DNA from: Cyanophora paradoxa CCMP329
Lineage: Eukaryota; Plantae; Glaucophyta
DNA length: 64,000 bases
NCBI GenBank assembly: GCA_004431415.1
Contig: QPMI01000192.1
Span: 62,001 to 126,000 of the forward strand
Direction of reading: 5' to 3'
Positions 11,235-22,200 of this stretch are shown here, one piece after another. The position numbers were made by a program, and so were the translations under genes. Each line of letters starts with the position of its first letter. The first letter of the stretch is position 1. The notes under the pieces are model-generated. The model ran no database searches. It was not told the origin of the DNA and worked only from the letters and a program-made list of their open reading frames with translations.

Positions 11235-14200
11235 ATGAGTAGAAGATCATCGCCCATGTTGCGAATCCTGCTGTCTCTAGCCCTCCTAGCCGTGTGCTTG
11301 CATGTCGCTTTTGGGGCGCCAGCGAGCGACACCACCGCCGGCTTGCAGCAGCAACAGCAAACGCAGCAGCAGCAGCCAGCGCAAGCGCCGCCCGCGGTAG
11401 TTCCAGGCTCGACCGTCGAGGTGGATCTGAGCAGCAACACCTCCCTGTCCTTGGCCATCATCTGGAAGGCAAACAACAATCCAAGCATGGTCGCCCGGCT
11501 CTGCATGCTCCACAAAGCGCCCGCGTCGGCGATCTCCTCCCCCGTCGACTGGCCCAAGGTCCCTCCAATCGGCCAGAGCGGGCCCCCCACGGTGTGCTCG
11601 CTCAGATCGCGCTGTTGCACTGCTGCTGACCGGTCGCGCGCCAGCCGGAGTTCCTGCAGACTTCCTGCGGCAAGCCTTTCCAGGTTGACGGCTCCAGCGG
11701 CCGCCTGAGGCTCTACTTCCACCCGGCGAACACCGCGCCCGGCATCTATGAGGTCCTCCGGCTGCCACCTCTGCCGCATGCAATTGCTGACGCGCGCGCG
11801 CAGTTCTGGGTGTCGAACGTGCAGACGATGGACTACGTGCGCGGCCCGCGCGTCGTCATCGGTTCGCGCTCCCGCCGGCGCGCGCTGCAGCTGCGAGCGC
11901 CGCACCGACGCCGCCGCCAGTTTCCACCGCGCCGCCGAAGGGGCCGGGGCCGGCCGCGGCGGCCTCGGCGCCCCCGACGAGCGTGGACGTGATGGTGGGC
12001 CAGAACGAGAAGGCGGGCGCGCTGGACCCTGAGCTGCCGACGGGCTCCAACGCGCGCCCCATCACCGTGGAGACGATCACGCAGCCGGGCACCAACGTGG
12101 CGTACTTCGTGGTGGGCGGCGTCATCGGCGGGGCCGCCATCGCCGTGGCGGCGATCTTCGCGTGGTGCCTCTGGCGGCGCCGCCAGAACCGCAAGCGCGG
12201 CGGCATCACCGTCCAAGTCACCCGCGACGACCAGGGCCGCGAGAGTGCGTCCGGCCGCCCGCCCGCCCGCCCGCCCCCTGCCGCCCCCTGCCCCATTCCC
12301 GATGCGACCGGCCGGCCGGCCTGCGCCCCCCGCAGTCATCACGATCCGGCGGCCGGACGGCGGGACGGTGCGGGGCGCTCTGGCGGCCCCCGGGGCGAAC
12401 GCCTCGCAGGAGCTGGAGGCGGGGGCGGCGGCGCCGGAGGGCAAGCTGCCGCCCTCGCCCAACAGCAGCGGCGAGCACGTCTCGTCGCCCTCCTTCTCCT
12501 CCGTCGGGCCCTCGCAGTCCGCCTCCGAGGCCACCTCGGCCCCCGCCCGCTCCCGCGGCGGCCCCCGCGACTCCGGTGCGCCCCGCCCCGCCCCGCCCCG
12601 CATCGCCCTTTGCTGGCCCCCCGGGCCTCACACAGACAGCGTTCCTCGAAGGCGGCCCGGCGCTGAGCATCGCGGCGGGCCTCGTGGCGAGCCAGCAGCA
12701 GGACGCCAGCGAGCTCTTCTCCAAGTGCGCCCCGCCCCGCCCCGCCCCGCCCCGCGCTGCTCGCGGCCGACGCGCCGCCACGCGCCGCAGGGCGGTCTGC
12801 ACGAAGTGCCTGCGGGTGAACCCCGGCTGCGCGTCGGAGGAGGAGGCCGCCGACGCCGCCTGCCGCTACTGCCGCCTCCCGCTGGCCCGCACCCCGCCCC
12901 GGCCCCGGGGCGTCAGCTTGCGGGCGGGCGGGCGCTGAGGCCCGCAGCCGGGCCCCGCAGGTGGTGAACCGGCGCTTCTTCCCCGTGGCGCGCGTCGGCG
13001 GCGGCGAGTTCGGCACGACCTGTGCGCCGCCCGCCGCGCCGCGCCGCGCCGCGCGGGCGCCTGACCACGAGCGCCCGCCCGCCCCGGGCAGTCGCGGCTG
13101 TGGACCTGCACTTCCTCTCGCGGCGCCGCTGCATCGTGAAGAAGGCGCGCCGCCTCCGCTCCGCTTCTTCGCCCCTCGCGCCCCCCCTCTGAGGCGCGGC
13201 CGGGCCCCAGTTCACGTTCGTGGACCACCACTTCAACGACGCGCACGTCGAGAAGGCCGCCCAGCTCTTCCTCGACGAGGTCCGGGCTCCCGACCGAGGC
13301 CGCGCCGCCCGCCCTCTCGAAGCCGAGCGGGGCGGGGCGGTGCGGGCGCAGGGGCGGACGCTGGAGAATCTGGACCACCCACGCATCCCGAAGCTGCTCG
13401 GCTCGTTCATATGGCTGCAGGACATGTACCACGCGATGGCCGAGGTCCGGGGCCTCGACCTCCAGCGGGCGCTGCGGGCCCGCGTCGCGCCCTTCGCCCG
13501 CGCCGAGGCCCTCGCCATGCTCTCCGACCTCCTCGGCGCCCTCGGCTACGTCCACGCCCGCGGCGTCATCCACCGCGACGTGCGCGCGCCGTACCCGCTC
13601 CCCGCGCACGTACCCCGTCGAACGTTAACGGCGGCACAGGTGAAGCCCTCGAACGTGATCGTGGGGGAGGACGGGCGCTACTACCTGGTGGACTTCGGCC
13701 TCTCGACGACGCGGCGGCCGGACCTGGACCAGGCGACGGAGATCGGGACCTACGCCTACGCCGACCCCGAGCAGCGCGCGGGGCGCCCCACGCCCTCCTC
13801 CGACCTCTACAGGCGAGCGCCGGGGCCCCGCGGCCGCCCCTCGTGCCCCGCCGGGCGCGGCTGAGAGGGTCCGGGGGCGCGCGCAGCCTGGCGGCGACGT
13901 GCGTGGAGATGATGACGAGGCGGCGGCCGGCGCTGGAGCTCTTCTGCGACTGGGAGCCGGGGCGGTGCCCCGAGGGGGACTTCGGGGCGGAGCTCGGCGC
14001 CGCCCTCGCGCGCATGCTCCGCCGCTCCGTCGCGGGGCGCTTCGCGGCGGCCGCCGACGCGGCGGAGGCACTCTTCGGGCCGGCGCGGGCCCTCCCCGCC
14101 GGCCCGGGGCCGACGGCGGGGAACGGGACGGCGCCCTCGCCCCCGCCCGCTCCAACTGCACCGCCTCCGCCTTCTCCGACGCCTCCTCCCTCGCCGGCGC

Positions 14201-14721
14201 CTACCAGGTGCCCCCGGCCCCCGCCCTTCCCGTGGCTCCGGCCGCGGCCCGGCTGACGCCCCGCGCGCCCCGCGCAGCTGGGCCCCGCGGCGGCAAGGCC
14301 CGCAGCGACGCCGGCGGCGCTCGACCCCTCGGGCATCGTACTGGAGGAGAAGGCGCGGCCGCGGCGGAGGGCGGCCGGCCCCGCCCTCGCCCCGACCCTC
14401 GAGAGCGGCTCGGCGAGCGAGGAGGAGGGCAGCGGGAGCGAGGAGGAGGGCGGGGGGTCGGACCCGCCGGAGGCGCCCCCCGATCGCGGGGCGGGGGCGG
14501 ATCCCGTGGAGCCCCTGCCGCCCTCCCCGCGCTCCGGCGCGTCTGAGGAGGCGGCGGCAGAGGCGGCGACGGACGCTGAAAAGGGCGCGCCGGCGGGGGC
14601 GGCCCCCGCGGGGCTCGAGGGCGAGCCGGGCCCCGCCGCCCCCAAAGAGGAGGCGGAGGAGCCGGGGCCGGGGCCGCCCTCGGACCGGAGTCGCGGGCCC
14701 GCGGCCGGCGAGGGCGGGTAG
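11235..14721 (+). CDS. Single-pass receptor-like Ser/Thr kinase with 4-Cys Zn ribbon and cyanobacterial Pkn2/Spk-type kinase domain
   Basis: Signal peptide MLRILLSLALLAVCLHVAFGA; TM VAYFVVGGVIGGAAIAVAAIFAWCLWRRR; CTKC..CRYC; GGGEFGTTF, CIVKK, KAAQLFLDE..L..LDHPRIP, HRDVKPSN, DFG, GTYAYADPEQ, SDLYSLAAT. Multi-exon; linking the ectodomain to the kinase rests on manual splicing. Confidence 0.75.
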
Positions 14722-15251
14722 CGCCCCCGCGATCCTCAGGCCCTCCCCCCGGGCCCGCCTTCTTCCCTTCTTCTTATCCTTCTCCCTGGAGTGTGGCCCT
14801 GCCCGCCCCTCCCGTGGCCCCTCAGCATCCTCTGCCCTCTCTTCGTTGTGCACACCATCCGGTTGCAAACCAAACCACCCTTGTACACATTGGGCGCCCG
14901 GCTCGGCCGCCCGTCGCTGCTACGACACTCTCTCCTCTAAGCATAGCACTCTCCCCTTGTCCTTCCATGCTTGCTCCTCTATTCGTCTGTTGCTTCTATT
15001 CGCTATCTGTTGCCTCTTTTCGCGATCGCATCATCATACGAAGGTTGCTTGTTCACGTCAGGTTTAACAGCGGGTGCGGGGAGGGGGCAGAGGTTGGGTG
15101 GGCCGGGTTGGAGGGAAAAGGAGACCGTTGTCCGGGTTCCGGGTTCGGGTCTGACTGCAGAGAGGAGCAAAGCAAAGCAAAAGGGGCAAGGCCAGTCCGA
15201 AGAGGCCGTTCGAAAGCGTGGCGCTGAGGACTCCGGAAGCTTGAAAGGACC

Positions 15252-17772
15252 CTACCACAGACGGAAGCCGCGCCCGATAAACAGGGGGTTGACGAACGTC
15301 GCGACGGGGACGGTGCCCGGCGGGACGAAGGCGGCCGCGACCTGCGCATGCGGCCCCGGCGCCGGCGTCACGCGACGCGGGGGCCCAGAAGCGAGCGATC
15401 GAGAAACGTGACTCACGGGAACGGGGAACCGGGGTACGAGAGCGGAAGGGACGTTGAGGCGCCTCCGCTTGGCGCGCTCCTCCTCCGCGGCGAGGGCGGC
15501 GAGGGCAGAGAGGCGCTCCCGCTCGCGGGCGGCGGCGGCCGGCGTCGCGCCCCGCAGCTCCGCCACGCGCCGCGCCGCCGCCTGCAGCAGCTCTGCCGCG
15601 TCCGCCAGCTCCGCCTCGCCCCAGCTCCGCCCGCCCCGCGCCGCGGCGAGCGCGGCGCCGCCCTCGTAGAGCGCGAGCCGCCCGTCGAGCTCCGCCTGCT
15701 GCTGCGCCTGGAGCCGCAGCCGCCCCGCCAGCTCCTCGACGCCCCGCTGCAGTTCCGCGCTCTCCGCCTCCAGCGCCGCCGTCTCCCGCCGCAGCTGCGC
15801 GTTCTCCGCCTCCAGCGCCGCCGCCCGCGCCTGCTGCGCCGTCGCCTCCGCGAGGCGCTGCCGCAGCTGCGCGTTCTCCGCCAGCAGCGCCGCGGCCCAC
15901 TCCTGCGGCTGCCGCGCCGGCTGCTGGGGGTCCGGAGCCGGCGCCTCGGGAGCTGGGGCGCCGCTGGGGCCCGCGGTCGGTCCGGTGCGGCTCTGCAGCT
16001 GAGGAGCGTCAGGCGCGCGAACGAAAACACGGCAGCGAAGCTCACCGCCGCTGCCGAAGGTTGCGTGTTCGCTGCCACCGGAGCCGCCACTGGCACCTGA
16101 TCAGAGCGTTAGTGTTTACTACTTGACTGGAAATTCGTCTCGCGATACGCACGACGGACGTTCGGCCGAGGGAGTGGAGGTAGAGGACAGCGGCGTTCGC
16201 GGACTTCCGGGCCTCTCGAGGCACGGCCGAGAGGGGGTTCCCGTTGAGAGCCAGCACGCGCAGGCCAGAGAGGCGCCCGAGCTCCGTCGGCAGCGCATCG
16301 AGCCTGTTGTCGCGGACGTCGAGCACGTGCAGGTCCGCAAGCCGCCCGATCTCCACCGGCAGCGCCCCCAGCCGGTTGCTGCTGACGTAGAGCTTCTCCA
16401 GGTTCACTAGCCTCTCGAGCTCGTTCCCGGGGATGCTCGTGAGCTTGTTGTGGCTGAGGTTCAGCTGACGGATGTTCGCGAGACCGCAGTGCTCGATCTC
16501 CTCCGTCGGCCACGCCGCGAGTCCCATCCCAGAGAGCTCAAGCCTCCCCTCGATGGCGATCCAACGGCTTCCCATGGCGCTGCGAAAGAGCGCGCCAAAG
16601 GGCGGTCAGAAGCGCGCAAGTGCAAGCTTGAGCGAGGCGCTAACAACGCACCTGGTGCTCGGCGCCAGCAGAAGGGTGCGATGTGTTGATACCGCAGAAG
16701 CTGTGGCGCCGCTGGGGCCCGCGGACGGTTCGGCGCGGCCCTGAGGAGCGTCAGGCCGGGCGGAGGAAAGCAGGCGGCGAAGCCTGGGCTCACACTGGAA
16801 GCGGGAGCAGCGAGGGAACGGAGGTAGGCGAGGGCACTGGCCCCCGACGTGCGGGCATGCTTGGGCATGTCTGTGAGAGGGTTGCTGTCGACAGCCAACA
16901 CTTGCAGGCGCGCGAGCCGTCCGATCTCCGGCGGCAGGGCTGTCAGCTGATTCCCACTTGCGTAGAGCTCTGTCAGGTTCGTCAGCTTCGCGAGCTCGTC
17001 CCCCGGGATGCTCTTGAGCTTGTTGCCACTCAAGTTAAGCGTGCGGATGTTCGCGGGGCCCGCGCGCTCGATCTCCGCCGTCGGCCACGCGCTCAATCCC
17101 AGCCCGAACAGGTCGAGCGTCCCCTCGCTGGCGATCCATCCTCTCCCCATGCTGTGCGGACGTCCGAGTCAGCATGTGCAAGCTCGCGCGTAGCGCCAGC
17201 AGCGCACCTGATGCTCGGCCTCGGCAATCGCCCGCGGCCGCCTACGTAAACACGAATCTGCGGCGAGGCGAGGTGGAAATTAGGGCGAAATGCAGGAAGG
17301 AAGAGGCGCTGCGATGCAAGAGAATGCAATGAATCACGACAAGCGCGCGAAGAACGTTAACAAGCCGAGTACTCCGAACTCAGCCGCTAGATCGACGCGT
17401 GGCCCCGCGAGCGCGCTGCGGACCGCTTTATCGCAGCAATCTGCTGCGACGAAGGCCTCGGAAGCGCCGGTGACACCGAATGAGCGCTGCGGAACGACGG
17501 ACGACAGAGTGAGGGATCAAAAATTGACAAGACGCATCGTTTCTCGCGCACCAGAGATTCCTTTGCGACGATCTCGTCGTGCGATCGAGAGAGCTCGCCA
17601 GGCCAGGGACACGTTTGCCGATCAAGTCGTCGGGTCGCGTACCCCTAGGCCTGCGGCGCAGCCGGCGCCGCATGCATGCGCAGCGCGCGGCGGCCCGCCG
17701 GCGGGCCGGCGGCTTAAGTAAACTTCGCAGCCTGCGCTGCCTTCGAATTCGCACAGGCGCAGCCTTGGCCAT
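15252..17772 (-). CDS. Double-LRR-block coiled-coil protein, paralogue of the 4589 gene, no RING
   Basis: Two LRR blocks (starting 17150 and 16575) joined in frame through exon 16740-16652 by canonical introns. The coiled coil shares ALYEGG..W.EAELA..A..L.AAARR with the 4589 gene. The 5' end (ATG 17772, MAKAAP) is tentative. Confidence 0.65.
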
Positions 17773-18028
17773 GGCCTGGCCTAGCCTCGCACAGCGCTAG
17801 CCGGCCGCTCTAGACTAGATCTGAGCGTTAGCGCATGCGCAGCATTCTTGCTCTTGATCGCAAGCTAGCGCGCGCTGCACTGTCTGGCCGAATCGCATAA
17901 GTATACGTCGCTGTACATGTTGAAACCTTCCAGCTAGAGCTAGCTCTTTCGATATCGCTGGAGCTGAACTATCTTGCGCGTGCGCATGCGCAAAGGACGG
18001 TAATCTCCTGGACAGTCGGCCTCCTCGC

Positions 18029-19041
18029 TCATGTTGTCCTGTCCCTTAGCCCTGCGAGCGAAATGTGAACATGTACAACGCATCCGATTCGACGATGGGA
18101 TGTTCGGCTCGAGACAACTTGGCAAGCTTAAGGTTCATCCAGCTGGGCACGGGGGCGCGCGCGGGCGCACCGAGCTCGATCTCGGCCTCTTCGATGCTCT
18201 TGAGGGGCGGCCTCCCCTGCGACGCCCGCTTTGCGTTGATGGCCGCCCGCGACAGCCGCTGCGCGCACTCGTGGTCCGCCTGCACGGGCGGGCGGGCGCG
18301 CGCGCACGCGCAAACGTCAGCCGCGGTGCGGTTGTGGGGGCGAGGCGGCGGCGGGCGGCGCACGACGGCGCTCCACCGGTCGAAGCCGAGCACGCCAGCG
18401 TACATAGAGCTGCCGACCTTGGCGACCAGGGGCAGCCGGTTGATGAACGGCGCTGCGAGACGAGAGCGCGGCGTCAAACCTTCGTCAACGAATTCGAATT
18501 TAGAGGGCACGTTCAGGCGAATACATGCGCCTTGAGAGCAATATCATATATGACGGCTTTCACGCCAGCGCACGCACAGAAACGGGAGGCCAGGAGAGTG
18601 GCGGCCCCGAAGCCGACTGAGCACGTTACGAACCCGCTGAAGGCGCCCCACATGACCTGCGGGAAAGAGAGGGCGTCGGCGCTCGAAGTCTATTGGACTT
18701 AATGGTTTAAAGACGGCGGCGCCCGCGTCCGCCGCTCTGGATCTGCAGCCTGAGCGCAGGGGCGCCGGCGCGGACCTCGCTCTCGCACTGTTGCCAGCGC
18801 GACCGCTGGCCCAACTCGTGCTCCTCGATGCTGCGCGCCAAATCCAGCCGCTCGGCGAGGATCTCCTTGTGATCGGCGCTGGGGCCATCGGAGTCAGGCG
18901 CGGCCGCCTTTCTCCGCGTCAATCCTGCGCAGCGCCAGCGGTCAGGCTTGCGATGCGGAGCGTGCACCGCAATTCTGGCGAGCAGACGGCAGCGGCGACG
19001 TCGGAGCACGCTGGATTGGCCGCACCGATGTCGGACGACAT
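18029..19041 (-). CDS. Small two-TM membrane protein, ENOD93/HIG1-like (tentative)
   Basis: Spliced exons give QQCESEVMWGAFSGFVTCSVGFGAATLLASRFSPFINRLPLVAKVGSSMYAGVLGFDRWSAV. Layout resembles early-nodulin-93 proteins. Confidence 0.45.
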
Positions 19042-19244
19042 GTCCAAGCGCTGGCCGCGTCGTACGCCAGGTGCGGGGGCTGTGCTGATCAGAGCTCGCT
19101 CGGGAGCGTTGCAGAACTGCGCTGTTGATGGATACACGCCGACTACACACCAGAACGGGCTGACGCGGGCACGCGCTTCTAGAATTCCCTACCCCCCTCT
19201 CTCTTTCGCAGCATCTTTTTCGAATTCAAATTGAAGCTGAGCGC

Positions 19245-22200
19245 CTACAGGAGGCCTTTGCGGCCGGCGGCGGCGGCGAAGAGCGCGGCGAAGTCCTCCG
19301 CCTCGACGCCCCCGACCTGCGCGGGGTCCGCCTGCTCCCCGCCCGCCTCCCGCTCCACCTCGCCCTCCGGCCCCGCCAGGGCGAGCGCAGCCTCCAGCCC
19401 GCCGGCGCCGGCCTCGCCCTCCGCCCCGGCGCCGGCTTCTTCGGGCTCCTTGACCAGCTCCGGGGCGGTCGTGTCCACGTCCGCGTGCCTCTTATGGTGC
19501 AGCGCCTGCAGCCGCTCCTCCACCGTGCCCTGGACGTACCGTACCCCCGGTGAGCCAGGGGGGTAAGGCGCTAATATAAGGCCAGGGGGTTCGCACCTCG
19601 CAGACGTATTTCCGTGCGAGGACAGGCCGCGTCTGGCCCTGCGCACGCGCCCGGACCCACTCAGCCAGCCGAAGAAGGAGAAGAAGAAGAAAGGAAAGAA
19701 AGAAAGGAAAGGGGCGCGCGATGCGGTGGACTCGGCCGATCGCCTGAGCCTCGTCGCGCGGGTTCAAAGGCGGCTCCAGAAGCATCACAGTGCTCGCCGC
19801 CGTCAGGTTCAGACCCTGCGCCGCGCCGGCGTACCCGCCCGCTCCCTCAGGAGGGCCCCCTGGCCCAGCGCCGGTTGGACGGGGCGCGGCGCACGGCGCT
19901 GCCGATGGAGAGAGGCGCCAGGAGCGCAACGACCGATTCGTCCGTTAGGAACTGCGCCGGAGGGGTAAGGATGCGGAAAGGGGGGAATGAAGTGCGGGGT
20001 GGGGGGTGGGGGGGTAGAGGGCACCTGCTCGAGGGAGCGCGCGCGGGCGCGCTGGTCCATGTTGCCCGCCAGGCGGGAGTGCCTGCGCCGAAATCGAATC
20101 GAATCACTATACGAGGGGGCAACAAGTAGGGGAGGGGTACGCGCGCACCGGAGCCCGGCGCGCTGGAGGGAGGCGGCGAAGCGCTCCAGGGTACCCGGAA
20201 ACTCCGAAAAGACGACCGCCTTCGCCCCTGGATCCTCCTCCCGCAGCGCCTGGGTACGTGGTTCAGAGCGCGGAGGGAGGGGTACAGTGAAGTCGCTGCC
20301 TTCAGGTGACGGAGGGCGAGGGCGGTGGTGGAAGACTCGGGGGCCGCCCCGGCCCGCTCGTGGGCATCCTGCACCGCGACGGGTACGGCCGCCGCCGCCT
20401 CCGCCTCCGCCGCCTCCTCCGCCTCCTCGTCCGCGGGGGTGCGCTTCGTCTTCGCCCCTCCGGTCTGCGCGTGCGCAGGCGATCGTAAGAAATAGTCGGG
20501 AGGGGGGAGGAGTGGAGGGTTGGGGGGTACTGCGTACGTTCTGGGACGGGGCGAAGGTCTGCCAGCGGGAGGCGGCGTGGAGGCGCCGGTGGGGTACGAG
20601 CCCCGCGTGGCTGCAGACCTGCCCGAAAAGCGGCCGTCGGCGCAAGAGGGAGAAGAAGGGGGGTACAGGAGGCGGGCGGGCGGGCGGGCGGGCGGGCCTG
20701 GCGGAGGGGTAGGAGGAGGTCGGCGAGGAGTCCGGAGGGGGGCCGCAGCGTCTCCTTCAGCAGCGCCCGGTGCCGCGCCGCCGCCGCCGCCTCCAGGTGC
20801 TCTGCTCTCGAGCTCTCCGAGGGGTACGGGAGAGAGAAGGGGGCGGGTACGCACGGTAGAGGGTCTTCTCGTCGGGGGTGAGGGTGACGCGGCAGACCTC
20901 GACCGTCCTGCGCGGCCGGCCCCTCAGCGCGCACGAGAAAAGCAGGAGGAAGACGTGGAGGGGTAGGGCGGATTCAAGGAGGGGGAGGAGGAGGAGGAGG
21001 AGGGGTGAAGGGTACCGGGGGGGAAGGACGACGAGGCGCTCGCCCCGGAAGGCCTGCCGCGCCGCGTCAGAATCCGAAGCAGAAGCGACGGCCTAGGGGG
21101 CGGGGGCGGCCGGCGCAGGGGAAGCGGACCTGCTCCTTGCTGTGGCGCACCGTCGCGCCCCGCAGCACGCCCTGCGAGGGGCCGCGTCAAGGCGGGACGA
21201 AGAGCGTGCCGGGGCGTGGCGGGAAGGAGCGGGGCGGGGCGGGGCGGGGCGGGCCAGGAGGCGGGCGGGGCCGCGGGGGTCCCTCGCGTCGAAGTGCCGC
21301 CCGATCGCCGCGTCGAAGGTCGAGACCTGCCGCCCCGCCGCCCGCTCCGTCAGAGGCGGCAATGGCAAGGCCCCTTAGACTAGACGCCCCCGCTCAACGA
21401 TTCCGCCCCGCCCCGCGGTACGCGCCGCGGCCCCTTGAAGGCTCCGGGGGACGCCCGCGCCGCTGCCCTCGCCCGCCCCCGCCCCGCCCCGCCCCGTCCG
21501 GACGCAGGAGGTTGCTGCCCGGGGCCCCGCACCTCGCCCAGGGGGTCCATGGCGAGGAAGTGGAGCTGCCCGACGACGTCGTACGCCCGCGTCGCGAAGG
21601 GCGTACCCGAGCAGCACCTTGGGGGGGGGGGAGTCGGCGGGGGGGGGGGGGGAGAGGAAGGCGGAAAGGGGGGGGGGGGAAGGGGGACGTGCCAGCGGAG
21701 GTGGGAGTGGAGGCGGCGGGCGGCGTCTCCGGTCTGGCGCCCTGCCGCCCGCACCGCGTGGCTCTGCGCGGGGCGCCCGCTTGTTCAGAGCCGCGCCCTC
21801 GCCCTAGCGGCTAGAGAGCGGCTAGTTCAAGCCAGAGGGGCCCTAGGTCCCGGAGGGCTTGAAGAGGGCCGCCTCGGAGCGGCTAGAGGGCGGCTAGTTC
21901 AAGCCAGAGCAGCTAGGGCTAGTGCCGGCGGGCCCCAGGCCCCGCAGGACTCGAGACGGCCGCCTCGAGCGGGGCAGGGCGGGGTGGAGCAGGCACCTCG
22001 TCGAGGACGACGCGGTGCCAGGCGATCTTGTGCAGCGGGCCCGGCACCGTCCCCTGCCCCGCCCCGCGCCCTCAGCGAGGGGCGGTGGGAGGAGGCGGGG
22101 CCCGGGGCGGGGCGGGGCGGACGGAGGCGAGGAGGGAGTAGGAGGTGATGACGAAGTCGTGGTCTGCGACGAGGGCCGGCTGCTTCCTGCGGGCGGGGCG

